Origin: an uncultured virus (IMG/VR IMGVR_UViG_2061766007_004178)
Lineage: Duplodnaviria > Heunggongvirae > Uroviricota > Caudoviricetes
Length of the DNA: 64,000 bases
Virus record (IMG/VR): IMGVR_UViG_2061766007_004178
Reading direction: 5' to 3' (one strand)
Of this stretch, positions 1 to 8,909 are shown one piece after another. Numbering within the stretch: position 1 is the first letter of the stretch; each line of letters begins with the position of its first letter. A model generated the notes under the pieces. That model saw nothing but the letters and a program-made list of their open reading frames with translations, was not told the origin of the DNA and ran no database searches. A program made the position numbers and the translations under genes.

Positions 1-361
1 TGGATTTTTCGAACATCTCGTCTTTTGCCCAGACATGGTTTTCCCCGCTGACATGGGTACGATAGTTCTCGCCATTCCATTTGCAGTTGACGCAGACCCT
101 ATCGAAGTCTTTCAGCACGAACTTAGCGACGACTTTGCCGTTGAGCGCATAGCTTGGCCTAAAGTTTTTGTTGTATTCTTCGGCAAAATATTCGCCGGTC
201 GTACGCTCTTTGAAGAGCAATGAGCCTTTCTTGGCCACGTAAACGAGGACTTCGCAAGGCAGCTCGCAATCAGGTATGCTTTTGCGCACTTCGATCGTCG
301 CCTTGCCATTGAGCAACAATGCCGCGCGCTCTGGGCTGACCACTAATATAAGACGTCTCAT
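1..361 (-). CDS. ASCH/PUA-like domain protein (3' end runs off window)
   Basis: Manual translation from ATG at 361 (GGAG upstream): MRRLILVVSPERAALLLNGKATIEVRKSIP...VLVYVAK...NGKVVAKF. Matches the ASCH GxK(T)IEVR pattern. Not in ORF track. Confidence 0.65.
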   Translation of the reverse strand, partial: MRRLILVVSPERAALLLNGKATIEVRKSIPDCELPCEVLVYVAKKGSLLFKERTTGEYFAEEYNKNFRPSYALNGKVVAKFVLKDFDRVCVNCKWNGENYRTHVSGENHVWAKDEMFEKS

Positions 362-372
362 TCTAGCGCTCC

Positions 373-606
373 TTATGGCCTGACGTTTCCGTCAGGGTCG
401 AGCCTTTTGATCTCGAAGGCGTATCTGTTGGAGATCTTGGAAAGGTGCCTGGCATGCGTCCTTGCAGCCGTATCGCCTGTATGGTAATTGACGAAGTATT
501 CGTCGCCTCCGCAGACTCTTTTCACGATGCCTAATTCGACTTTGGTTCCGTTCGTGTAGATGACCGGTTCGCCGACGTCGTATTCAGGGTATTCTCTTTC
601 GTTCAT
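373..606 (-). CDS. small hypothetical protein (SH3/KOW-like beta fold possible)
   Basis: MNEREYPEYDVGEPVIY... AAGGAG RBS upstream, TAA stop, upstream sigma70-like promoter. Confidence 0.65.
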   Translation of the reverse strand: MNEREYPEYDVGEPVIYTNGTKVELGIVKRVCGGDEYFVNYHTGDTAARTHARHLSKISNRYAFEIKRLDPDGNVRP

Positions 607-636
607 TCTGAAGGCTCCTTTCTTTTGATTGGGTTT

Positions 637-665
637 ATTATGTCGTAATTCTGACATAAAGTAAA
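637..665 (-). promoter_or_regulatory. early sigma70-like promoter
   Basis: TTTACT-N17-CATAAT on minus strand. Confidence 0.6.
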
Positions 666-702
666 CGGCGAAATGCGATTATCGAAAAATCGCTTGCGTT
701 TC

Positions 703-1218
703 TTAAGCGGAATATCTTTCTAAGACCGTTCCGAACGGCACATAGATATTGTAATAGTAATTTTTTGGGTCTGTGAATTCGCTTTTGCATCTATAGATTG
801 ACGGATCGATTTGGTCTGTCTCGACCAAATAAATTGTATGGCTGNNNNNNNNNNNNNNNNNNNTGTTCTCGCCGACTTCGCGATAGTAATAGTAGACCGG
901 TCTTTCGCTTACCGTGCCGTAGCCGATGCGGAATCTGCCGTAAACGCCGGTATCTCGATCGAGCGATGCGATTTTAGAGACCAGGGTTTCGTAGCCGGCA
1001 TCGAATTGCTCTTGCCATTGCGCATGCGATTTCCATGCAAAGACTATTGTTAAGATTGAGATGGCGACGGCTCCGACGCAGCCAACCGCGCCGAGTATAT
1101 ATTTCCATTCGCGTTCGTCCATGAAGGTGGCGATAGCGACCAAAGCCAATACGATAAACGCGAGTATTACAGCTGCTAAACAAACAGTGCAAATGACTGT
1201 GCTTGTTAAATCGTTCAT
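703..1218 (-). CDS. membrane protein, two N-terminal TM helices
   Basis: Two hydrophobic stretches, GGAG RBS, short N gap. Confidence 0.7.
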   Translation of the reverse strand: MNDLTSTVICTVCLAAVILAFIVLALVAIATFMDEREWKYILGAVGCVGAVAISILTIVFAWKSHAQWQEQFDAGYETLVSKIASLDRDTGVYGRFRIGYGTVSERPVYYYYREVGENXXXXXXXSHTIYLVETDQIDPSIYRCKSEFTDPKNYYYNIYVPFGTVLERYSA

Positions 1219-1234
1219 AGTATCTCCTTATATT

Positions 1235-1678
1235 TTATTGCCACGAAATGTGGAGGTCGTCCCAGTCGTCGTTGGTCCTGACCTGTTTGACGGTGTATTT
1301 GTGCTTTGCGTTCAAATCGAAGGCGACTTCGGCGCAAAGACGTTTGCCGAGCTTTCGAGGCCAGCGATATATGAGCGCCTGCTCATTTTTCTCTTTCGCG
1401 AAATCGATGCAGAGCAAGATGTCTTCGATTGCTTTGTCGTAATCCGATTTGCGGTCATGGGCCTCTTTGATGGCCTGGAAGTAGGACATAGGGTCGCATT
1501 CTTTTTCGAGCGCGCTTTCCCCGACGTCCCACTGGGCTATGCTAGCGACTTCTTCGGTCAGGCAGTCTAAGCTGCATTTTTCCGGATAGAGAAGCTCAAG
1601 CCTGTATTCTGTCGGGGATATCTGGTAGAAATCGTCGCAGATGTGCTTCTGCTTGTCGGTCAATTCGATGATGTACAT
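1235..1678 (-). CDS. hypothetical protein
   Basis: 147 aa ORF co-oriented with neighbours, TAA stop. Confidence 0.65.
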   Translation of the reverse strand: MYIIELTDKQKHICDDFYQISPTEYRLELLYPEKCSLDCLTEEVASIAQWDVGESALEKECDPMSYFQAIKEAHDRKSDYDKAIEDILLCIDFAKEKNEQALIYRWPRKLGKRLCAEVAFDLNAKHKYTVKQVRTNDDWDDLHISWQ

Positions 1679-1709
1679 ATTGTCGTCTCGTCTTTCCGCC
1701 TTGATTGGG

Positions 1710-1991
1710 CTAATTTTCTTTTGAGCTGTTGATCTTTAACAATACCTCATCGTAGTGCTTTTCGCGCACTTTAGAGCGTATTTGGCAAAGGTTGAACGTG
1801 ATATTGCAGACAAACGTTATAAGAAGGATATACAAGATTTCCCAAGCATCTGAGTGCTTTTCGATGAATGTGGCAAGGCATATGCCAATTACGACGGCCG
1901 CGACGAAAAGGATGCCGCAGGTGACCCAGCTGGCGAAAATGCTCGCTTCGCTGTCTTTGATTCTTTGTTTAAGGTAATCGTTGAATGTCAT
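1710..1991 (-). CDS. small two-TM membrane protein
   Basis: Two hydrophobic segments, GGAGG RBS. Confidence 0.65.
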   Translation of the reverse strand: MTFNDYLKQRIKDSEASIFASWVTCGILFVAAVVIGICLATFIEKHSDAWEILYILLITFVCNITFNLCQIRSKVREKHYDEVLLKINSSKEN

Positions 1992-2005
1992 GACGTTCCC
2001 TCCGT

Positions 2006-2371
2006 TTACTTATCGCCGATCAATCCATATGCGGCGACGTATTCGGCGTTCACCTTTTTGGAAAGCTCGTATGAAAGGCCTTGCTCATAGCGATAGACGA
2101 CGTCATCGTTCTCAAGCTGAAGCTCGAGACCGACCCAGTTGCCGAGCTCGCCGGCCGACATATCAAGGCCCTCAGGACCGTATTCGGCCCAGCCTTTGAT
2201 ATGGTAGTATTTGGTGTCGGTGATTTTGGAATAGACCAAAGCATAGTAATATGCCTGGCTGCCGGTGACCATTCGGTTGCCGCCGATTCCTTTGACGTTT
2301 TCGCATGATGCCATGCAGAGCAAGCTAGCCGCTAATGCGCAGCCTAAGAATAATTTTTTGAGGTTCTTCAT
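2006..2371 (-). CDS. predicted lipoprotein
   Basis: MKNLKKLFLGCALAASLLCMASC: basic N-region, hydrophobic core, lipobox-like MASC. Confidence 0.7.
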   Translation of the reverse strand: MKNLKKLFLGCALAASLLCMASCENVKGIGGNRMVTGSQAYYYALVYSKITDTKYYHIKGWAEYGPEGLDMSAGELGNWVGLELQLENDDVVYRYEQGLSYELSKKVNAEYVAAYGLIGDK

Positions 2372-2383
2372 CGTTCTGTCTCC

Positions 2384-2734
2384 TTAATTCTGATTGATTA
2401 GGTCTTCTTTCTTCAAAGCCCAGCTCTTCTTGAAGTCCTTTAAGAAGTAGCAGCCGGTCGGCGTATGGAGGAAGTATTCTCTGCGGCCTCTCGCCGATGT
2501 GACGCATAGGCTTGGCTTCGCGACGATTACGTTGTCGTGGTCGCCATCAGCGCCGGGCTGAAAGAGCAAGTCATGCTCTTCGTCATAATTGCAGCTGTTC
2601 TTCCATTTGAAGCGCTCGAGCTCATTCGGGTTCAAAAACGTTTCGCTGGCTTTATGCCAAAAGCCATGGGTCATCGCATTGATTGGGATTTCTGGGTCTA
2701 AGCCGATTAATTCGGTTACGTATGTATTTTTCAT
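2384..2734 (-). CDS. hypothetical protein
   Basis: Likely start MKNTYV at 2734 after AAGGAG and a promoter at 2760-2788. Confidence 0.65.
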   Translation of the reverse strand: MKNTYVTELIGLDPEIPINAMTHGFWHKASETFLNPNELERFKWKNSCNYDEEHDLLFQPGADGDHDNVIVAKPSLCVTSARGRREYFLHTPTGCYFLKDFKKSWALKKEDLINQN

Positions 2735-2759
2735 TGAGGTTCTCCTTTTCGCATTATTA

Positions 2760-2788
2760 ATAATAACGCGATAGAAATCTGACGTAAA
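2760..2788 (-). promoter_or_regulatory. early sigma70-like promoter
   Basis: TTTACG-N17-TATTAT. Confidence 0.55.
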
Positions 2789-2799
2789 TGGCTTTTGCG

Positions 2800-3303
2800 C
2801 TATTTTCCTATGGTGTATTCCAAAGACGCGAGCATTTCGTCTGAGACGCTTGCGTAGCCGTCTGAGACGAACCAGCTGATCCAAGGATTGGACTTGTTGT
2901 ACTGCGCGGATTTGACTTCGCATTTGAATTCATAGAGCTCGCTGTTGTAGTCTTTGACCATCTGATAGTATTGCGTAGTCGAGACGACGTCGAGTGTGAT
3001 GTCGCTGGTGAATTCGGTTTTGTTACTGCCGTCGGTAATCGGATGATAGCTTTCTAAAATCTGTTTGTCGAAGGCATATAAGCGCATCCTTTCGGCGAGC
3101 TCGTATTCTTTCGTAGCCACCGAGGCTGGTTGGTTCACGCCGATGCAGACGGCGCCGCAGATAATCAAGGCCAAAAGCAATGGTCCGCTGACTATGCCGA
3201 GGAACATGGCGCCGACTTCTTCGTCTCCGTCAGTGGCGAGATAGATGACGCCACCGGCGATTGTGAGTACGGTCAAGGCGATTAGGATAATCATTATGAT
3301 CAT
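2800..3303 (-). CDS. membrane protein, two N-terminal TM helices
   Basis: Hydrophobic N-terminus, AGGAGG RBS. Confidence 0.7.
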   Translation of the reverse strand: MIIMIILIALTVLTIAGGVIYLATDGDEEVGAMFLGIVSGPLLLALIICGAVCIGVNQPASVATKEYELAERMRLYAFDKQILESYHPITDGSNKTEFTSDITLDVVSTTQYYQMVKDYNSELYEFKCEVKSAQYNKSNPWISWFVSDGYASVSDEMLASLEYTIGK

Positions 3304-3318
3304 GGTACAGGTTCCTCC

Positions 3319-3594
3319 TTATTTCAATTTCATGCCGATCCAATAGATATCATAGGCTCTGTCTAATTGGAGGAGTTGGCAGTCTTGCTTATAGCAGAGC
3401 GTTCCGGCGTCTACGCCTTGGTAAAGCCTGACGAACTGCAATTCGTGAGGAGGGGGCGTCGTTGCGTTGATGATGATGGCGTTCATTCCGTATTCGCCTG
3501 CGAATTCATAGGCTTCGTCATAGCCCATGCGTATCATCTCCAAGCCATCATAGGTTTTGCTGCGGATGTATTTTTCGTAGTCTTCTCTGGTCAT
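3319..3594 (-). CDS. hypothetical protein
   Basis: 91 aa ORF with GGAG RBS. Confidence 0.6.
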   Translation of the reverse strand: MTREDYEKYIRSKTYDGLEMIRMGYDEAYEFAGEYGMNAIIINATTPPPHELQFVRLYQGVDAGTLCYKQDCQLLQLDRAYDIYWIGMKLK

Positions 3595-3603
3595 GGCTTT
3601 CTC

Positions 3604-4258
3604 CTATTTGGTATTCAAGCCGGATCTGCGTAAATCGCGGTATTTGCATTTGCATTTGATGAGGTGGCGTTTCTTGTCGTAAAGCTGGACGTCGCGAGGC
3701 ACTAAGACCAAGCCTTCCATTTCATGGGCTCCGTTGCAGAGCGTCGACATAGGATGATCGGCGACGAAGGCCTGCGCTTGTTCGAGCGTTCCTTCGAAGC
3801 AGACCGGAACGAACGGCAAGCCGAGCTTGCTGGCGACGTCGTTGACGTTGGTGCGGTTGAGGTCCCAGCCGTCGATTTGGACGTCGAAGACGATGAATGA
3901 GCAGCCGCGTCCGCCGAGCACATAATTGCCGCCGTTGTTGATGCCTTCGCCGAATCCTTCGCCGAAGACGTACGCTTCGGATTCGCCGAAGACCTGCTCG
4001 AAGATGTATTCCATCTCTTGCGTTTTGAAGGTCTTTTCGAGGTGATCGAGAAGCTTAGGCGGAATTTCCGCCGTATCTGTGCGTCCGCCNNNNNNNNNNN
4101 NNNNNNNNNNNNACGCGGATGTTCGTGCCGTCGATCTTCTCGGTGCCTTGCCAGATGAGATCCTTTAAGGATGCGTATGGCTGCATCATGCCGACGATGC
4201 GATGGGTCTTTTCGTCGAATTCGAACATGTTTCCGATTTTCTGATATTCTTTTTCCAT
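3604..4258 (-). CDS. ATP-dependent RNA ligase (Rnl2-like adenylyltransferase domain)
   Basis: Ligase motifs I EKIDGTN, III VFGE, IIIa FIVFDV, IV EGLVL, V IKCK. The two ORF-track pieces are joined across the N gap at 4090-4112. Confidence 0.8.
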
Positions 4259-4282
4259 GGTTGTTCTCCCGTTTCTGATAAG

Positions 4283-4311
4283 ATTATGCCGCTGATTTCC
4301 GCGGTTGTAAA
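4283..4311 (-). promoter_or_regulatory. early sigma70-like promoter
   Basis: TTTACA-N17-CATAAT. Confidence 0.6.
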
Positions 4312-4321
4312 TAGATTTCCG

Positions 4322-4729
4322 TTAGATTTCGTTGTTGAAATCGTCGTGGGTTATATAATAGTCCTGGCATTCAGAGCAATTATAGTAACAGCAGTCTACG
4401 TATTTCAATTTAGATGCGTCGATATCCGGGAGCACTTGCTCGAAGATCTTTTTGTATTTGACCTGCTCCGTAGGGGTCAGCGGTCTGTTTCTGCCGAAGT
4501 CCTCTCGCGTCTTGCCGTACTCGCTGTCCAATCTGAAGCTCAGATAATAGCTAAGCTTATCAGTCTCATAGTCGAGCAACGCGTCTATGTCAAAATAAGG
4601 GTACTCGCCATCCCAGTGATCTTTTAGCGCGTCTGGAATTCTTTCCTCCAAGTCATAGCCGTCTTCGATGCCCAACGCTTCGCAGTCGATTGGGTACATC
4701 ACTGATTTGTTTCTAACGTAATCGCTCAT
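4322..4729 (-). CDS. hypothetical acidic protein
   Basis: 135 aa ORF, GGGAG RBS, C-terminal YYNCSEC. Confidence 0.65.
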   Translation of the reverse strand: MSDYVRNKSVMYPIDCEALGIEDGYDLEERIPDALKDHWDGEYPYFDIDALLDYETDKLSYYLSFRLDSEYGKTREDFGRNRPLTPTEQVKYKKIFEQVLPDIDASKLKYVDCCYYNCSECQDYYITHDDFNNEI

Positions 4730-4753
4730 ATTATGGGTCTCCCTTGCTAGTCA

Positions 4754-5242
4754 TTACATATGTTTCAGACGGTCGACGATGTCTTCGACTACGGCAACGT
4801 CGGCAGCAGCATATCCAGTAAGGCGTTCGCGGATGTAATTGAAGGTGTTGAGATATTCATTCTCGAAGTCGAAGGCGTCGAAGGCGCCGCTTTTACGGCG
4901 AAGGATTTCCGTCGTTTTCAGTTTTTGCCAGATTTCGGCGACCAATCGCGCCAATATGCGTTCTTCGGAGCGGAAGTTGGCTATTCCGTGCGCTTCGTCG
5001 CCATCGATTTCGAAATTAGAGAAAAACGCCGGGCAAAGCTTCACTGTGACGCTGACGCTGCGCTCTCGTACCTCAAGCTTATAGGTGTCGGCGAAGTAAT
5101 TGTCTTTATCGAATTCTCGTGTGAGATCCACGAATTCGATTACGCGATGCTTCACTTTGTTGAGCTTGTCGATCGCGACTCGGCAACGCATTTTGTTTTC
5201 TGAGTTGACAAAGCGTTTTTTGGTATCATTTGTAGCGTTCAT
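4754..5242 (-). CDS. paralogue-array protein 1 (unknown function)
   Basis: AIDKLNKVKH...ERILARLVAEIW shared family motifs. Confidence 0.65.
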   Translation of the reverse strand: MNATNDTKKRFVNSENKMRCRVAIDKLNKVKHRVIEFVDLTREFDKDNYFADTYKLEVRERSVSVTVKLCPAFFSNFEIDGDEAHGIANFRSEERILARLVAEIWQKLKTTEILRRKSGAFDAFDFENEYLNTFNYIRERLTGYAAADVAVVEDIVDRLKHM

Positions 5243-5669
5243 AGATATATTTCCCGTTTCTTATGCTTACGCCGTAGGTGTTAAATATAAGGTTCTTTGC
5301 GTCTTTTCTGATAAGAGATGTGTCAACGGCGGTTTTATAGAAATCCCAGACCAATCTTGCGAGCCTTGCAGTGATGCGTGGTTCGACGTCCAGCGTTTCA
5401 AGCCCTTCGGTGTCAGTCGGTTCAGCATCTGTCGAGAAAAGCTCTTTAGGGACTACGAGAACGACTTTTGATTTGCGTATGCGGAATGTGATTTCATAGC
5501 GGATTTTGCTGAACTGAATAAAGCGGTTTACCGCCACGAATTCGATTTCGCAGCCTTTGAGCTGACTGAGCTTCTTGAAGGCCTCGACGCAGCAGCGCTT
5601 ATCCGGCCCTTTAAGGTTTATGTAAATCTTTTGGCTTAATTCGGCCATGATATCATCTGCGATGCTCAT
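5226..5669 (-). CDS. paralogue-array protein 2 (ends in TGA; end ambiguous)
   Basis: AFKKLSQLKG...ITARLARLVW. Confidence 0.65.
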   Translation of the reverse strand: MSIADDIMAELSQKIYINLKGPDKRCCVEAFKKLSQLKGCEIEFVAVNRFIQFSKIRYEITFRIRKSKVVLVVPKELFSTDAEPTDTEGLETLDVEPRITARLARLVWDFYKTAVDTSLIRKDAKNLIFNTYGVSIRNGKYIYERYK

Positions 5670-5700
5670 AAGGCTCCATTCGTATATACTTCATGATTTT

Positions 5701-5729
5701 ATTATAGCAAAACGGTTCCGCTACGTAAA
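5701..5729 (-). promoter_or_regulatory. early sigma70-like promoter
   Basis: TTTACG-N17-TATAAT. Confidence 0.65.
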
Positions 5730-5735
5730 TGGTTT

Positions 5736-6067
5736 TTATTTGCCTGCTTGCTTTCTTACCCTTCTCCAGACATAATACGCTATTCTGGCTAGGACGCGTT
5801 CGAGCGGCGGCAGTATCNNNNNNNNNNNNNNNNNNNNNNNNNNNNNNNNNNNNNNNNGTTTTTGGCGAATACCCAAGGCGAAAGCAAAACCTTCAGCTCG
5901 GCGCCGTCTAAGCTGAAGATAAGCTTGATCGTCAAATGGCCGGCGAGATGCATTTTCTCGAAGTCGATATAATGAAAATCCCTGCCCTTCTTTTTGGCGA
6001 GCAGGCTAAGCGCGTTGCAGCAGCAGGCCTCTATCGAATTGTCGGTGTCATAGAATTCTTCACTCAT
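5736..6067 (-). CDS. paralogue-array protein 3
   Basis: ALSLLAKKKG...; after the N gap the frame reads LERVLARIAYYVWRRVRKQAGK-TAA at 5736. Confidence 0.6.
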
Positions 6068-6075
6068 ACGGTTAG

Positions 6076-6104
6076 ATTATATCGTCGTCTCTTTCTTTCG
6101 TAAA
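6076..6104 (-). promoter_or_regulatory. early sigma70-like promoter
   Basis: TTTACG-N17-TATAAT. Confidence 0.65.
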
Positions 6105-6115
6105 CGCTTTTTTGA

Positions 6116-6246
6116 CAAAATAAAAAGCCAGCCCGAGAAAAGAGAGGAGGAATAATGCGTACAGGCTGGCCGTCTTGTGGTCTATGTTGCTGTGCGAATA
6201 TCGCGCCGAAAGCCCAGAAGAAAGTCAGGCTTTCGACGTAATATCT
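6116..6246 (-). ncRNA. candidate small RNA with anti-Shine-Dalgarno loop
   Basis: Own promoter (6253-6282); 5' hairpin CGTCGAAAGCCTG/TGGGCTTTCGGCG; terminator stem GCCAGCCTG/CGGGCTGGC plus U-tract enclosing CATTATTCCTCCTCTC; no ATG-started minus-strand ORF. Confidence 0.5.
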
Positions 6247-6252
6247 GTTTAT

Positions 6253-6282
6253 ATTATAGCTGCGATATATCGGTTTTGTAAA
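6253..6282 (-). promoter_or_regulatory. early sigma70-like promoter
   Basis: TTTACA-N18-TATAAT. Confidence 0.55.
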
Positions 6283-6290
6283 CGATTTTT

Positions 6291-6704
6291 TTAAAATACG
6301 TAAGATACGCTGAGCGTCCCGCCGTGTAATGTCGGAGCGATGTCTTCTTCGCCGCTTTTATGCGTGACATGCCTATAAAGCGCGTACAGCAGCCAGCTGA
6401 TCCTGGCGACTGCCTTATCGGCTTCTGGAAGCCCTGCAGGTATCTTGGCGACTTTATCTATCCAGCTTCCTGCGGCGAACGCATCGGCATAGCTGCTGTA
6501 TTTGCACTCGGCCCAGCACCCTTCAAGCTTATATGAGACCTTCAAAGAAAGCTCAGGTCTGCTGAAAGCTGCAGCATGGGATCCGCCCCAGCTTGCTGAT
6601 GTCATCATTGGATTGTAGATTTGAACGCTGTCGAGGAGCAGTTCAATGCCCTTCAGCTTGTGCAGCTTATTGGCGGCATCTAGAAATATACTTTGATTAC
6701 TCAT
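6291..6704 (-). CDS. paralogue-array protein 4
   Basis: AANKLHKLKG...AVARISWLLY. Confidence 0.65.
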   Translation of the reverse strand: MSNQSIFLDAANKLHKLKGIELLLDSVQIYNPMMTSASWGGSHAAAFSRPELSLKVSYKLEGCWAECKYSSYADAFAAGSWIDKVAKIPAGLPEADKAVARISWLLYALYRHVTHKSGEEDIAPTLHGGTLSVSYVF

Positions 6705-7386
6705 CTGTTTGTCCCATGATTTCGTGCAGCATATCCAGCGGCACGTTCATCCGTCTGTTGCCTGACAAAATGATTGTGGCTATGTTCAGCATGGCGTTCG
6801 CTTTGTAATCTATGCCTTCTCGCAGCTTTCTTTTCGGTATGTCTTCGATGATCTGCTGTTCGGTGAGCTTGAGGAACGGCGACGCGTATATCGGTGCGTC
6901 TGGTTTCGTCTGAAGGCTCGCGTATTCTTTGAACCCTCGCATAATAACGTTCGCCATGCGCAAGACGGCCAGCTCCTCGGTCGGCAGGGCGGCGCCATTT
7001 TCAGGTCCATTCGGCCACCATTTATCGTCATCTGTCTGAAGATATCCGTCATAGAATATGCTGCCTATCGTTCTGTAGATGCGGAAATCGCCGGAATGGA
7101 AGCAAGGCGAAGGATCGACTCCGATGAGCACATCGAAAGCCAGATTGAGCGCTAAGATATTCGGATCGTTCTGGTTGCTGAGATACTTTTGGCTGCCTTC
7201 GAACATCTTAGAGCGATCTGGCTGATCCCAGACGGTCAGATTATAGAACTTTAAAGGCAGGTATCTCAGCGTGACGAGTTTCTCTATCGCTTTGCAGGCG
7301 CAATCGGCGAGCTTGCTCTGCAGCGCTTTGACAGGCTTCAATGGGTCATCCCAAGGGAATATAGGTTTATCGAAGAAGTTATACAT
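6697..7386 (-). CDS. paralogue-array protein 5
   Basis: AIEKLVTLRY...AVLRMANVIM. Confidence 0.65.
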   Translation of the reverse strand: MYNFFDKPIFPWDDPLKPVKALQSKLADCACKAIEKLVTLRYLPLKFYNLTVWDQPDRSKMFEGSQKYLSNQNDPNILALNLAFDVLIGVDPSPCFHSGDFRIYRTIGSIFYDGYLQTDDDKWWPNGPENGAALPTEELAVLRMANVIMRGFKEYASLQTKPDAPIYASPFLKLTEQQIIEDIPKRKLREGIDYKANAMLNIATIILSGNRRMNVPLDMLHEIMGQTDE

Positions 7387-7391
7387 ATCGT

Positions 7392-8066
7392 CTAGTCGCC
7401 GACCTTCATGTCAGATAAACCGAATCCGAGACTGGCGTCTTTTTTGTTCGTCAGCTTTTCCAGCTTTTGGACGAGCTGATCCGTCTGTTGGGCCTGCGTC
7501 GCCAAATGGCTGACCATGGCCCGCAGATAGGAGAGCTCTCCTTCGAGCGCGTTTATCTTGCTTTGTTTATCGTCGAGCGTATCACGCAGGTCTTGCAGTT
7601 CTCGGTCGAGCGTGCCGTTGTTGCAGGTTATGCGGTCAGCGGCGAGGACCATATGCGGGTTTGGGTTGACCGCGCCGACCAGTGTCGCATTAGAAACGTT
7701 ATGGTTGTTATGACCGCTTAGTCGCATACGCTCTTTATAAATTCCCCAAATGAATTTCGTAAGCCTGGCGACGACGTTCTCTTCGAAAGAGGCATTCGGC
7801 AGGTCAGTCCAGTTGTCCAAATATGCTGAGCCTCCGTAAAAATAATCGAAAGGCAGGCTAAAATTAGGATAAGTCGAAAGGTGTTCATTAAGGCCGATGC
7901 GAATGCTCACTTTGGCTTGGTGGTCGTTTGGTTCAGTATATGAATCTAACCGCAAGTCGATGCCTTTTGAGGCGCTTAATTTGAAAATGGCTTCAGCAAG
8001 GTATAGCTGACGCTTATCTTTGGAGCTGCCTGGGCCGCATATATCTTGGCCGGTGTGTAGTTTCAT
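7392..8066 (-). CDS. paralogue-array protein 6 with C-terminal coiled coil
   Basis: AIFKLSASKG...VVARLTKFIW; heptad-rich C-terminus. Confidence 0.65.
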   Translation of the reverse strand: MKLHTGQDICGPGSSKDKRQLYLAEAIFKLSASKGIDLRLDSYTEPNDHQAKVSIRIGLNEHLSTYPNFSLPFDYFYGGSAYLDNWTDLPNASFEENVVARLTKFIWGIYKERMRLSGHNNHNVSNATLVGAVNPNPHMVLAADRITCNNGTLDRELQDLRDTLDDKQSKINALEGELSYLRAMVSHLATQAQQTDQLVQKLEKLTNKKDASLGFGLSDMKVGD

Positions 8067-8098
8067 ATTATATTATACGGTCGCATATTGGCCGGAAT

Positions 8099-8130
8099 AT
8101 AAAAAAACAGCTTTTTTCAAGCTGCTTTTT
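8099..8130 (-). terminator. intrinsic terminator
   Basis: CAGCTT-loop-AAGCTG stem followed by T-run on minus strand. Confidence 0.55.
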
Positions 8131-8138
8131 GGTTATCG

Positions 8139-8909
8139 TTAGTTTAATCCGCGTTCTTTCAGGGCTGCGGCCGCCGCCTGACCGAGAAGCGTGGCCACTC
8201 TGAAGTATATCTTGTCTTCCAGCTTCATGCTCGATAGGTCTTTGCCGAGCTGCAGCACGACGCTGTCTAGGCTGGATTTTTCTTCGAATAGCTCTTGTAT
8301 GAGCGCGCATTTGCATAAGAATCCAGGTCCTTTGCGACGGGTGTCGTCAAGCGTGATGATCAGCGCTCCATTGTAGCCGTTATCCCAGTCTTTCGCGAAT
8401 AGCTGCCAATGCTTGTTCTTGTTCAGCAGGTCTATCGTTTTGAGCGCATACGGCAGCTTGAAGATGTCCGCCGGCTCATCATGCCTCTTTTTCACCCAGC
8501 TGAGATCGTTATAATCGGTAGCAAGCTGCCACTCGACTCTTTTCCGCGCTTTTACCGAAAGGCTGTCTAACGGGTCGATGTTCAGATTGTCATCAAGGCC
8601 AGAGATAAAATTTTCGTTGAAATAGTCGAGATCGAATGTTATTATGAAACTGCTTTTAGCTTCCGCGGCGGTGGCTGGAAGCCCTTGCGAGACAAGCTCG
8701 GCTTTATATGTCAGGTCTACGATCGTGGCTTCGATGCCGGTTTCATCGGCGGCCATCGCAAGGTACATGAGCGCAGCCCTAGTGAAATTGTGGACCGCTT
8801 CGTCGATGATGCGGCCTACTTCTGTCATAGTGAATTTCAGTATCATATGCTTAGCAATATTTTTTGAGTTCAGGTATCTTTTTCGAGATGTATCGCTTTC
8901 ATCCGCCAT
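8139..8909 (-). CDS. hypothetical protein, probable divergent member of paralogue array
   Basis: 256 aa ORF; C-terminal KIYFRVATLLG resembles the family motif; start uncertain. Confidence 0.6.
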   Translation of the reverse strand: MADESDTSRKRYLNSKNIAKHMILKFTMTEVGRIIDEAVHNFTRAALMYLAMAADETGIEATIVDLTYKAELVSQGLPATAAEAKSSFIITFDLDYFNENFISGLDDNLNIDPLDSLSVKARKRVEWQLATDYNDLSWVKKRHDEPADIFKLPYALKTIDLLNKNKHWQLFAKDWDNGYNGALIITLDDTRRKGPGFLCKCALIQELFEEKSSLDSVVLQLGKDLSSMKLEDKIYFRVATLLGQAAAAALKERGLN

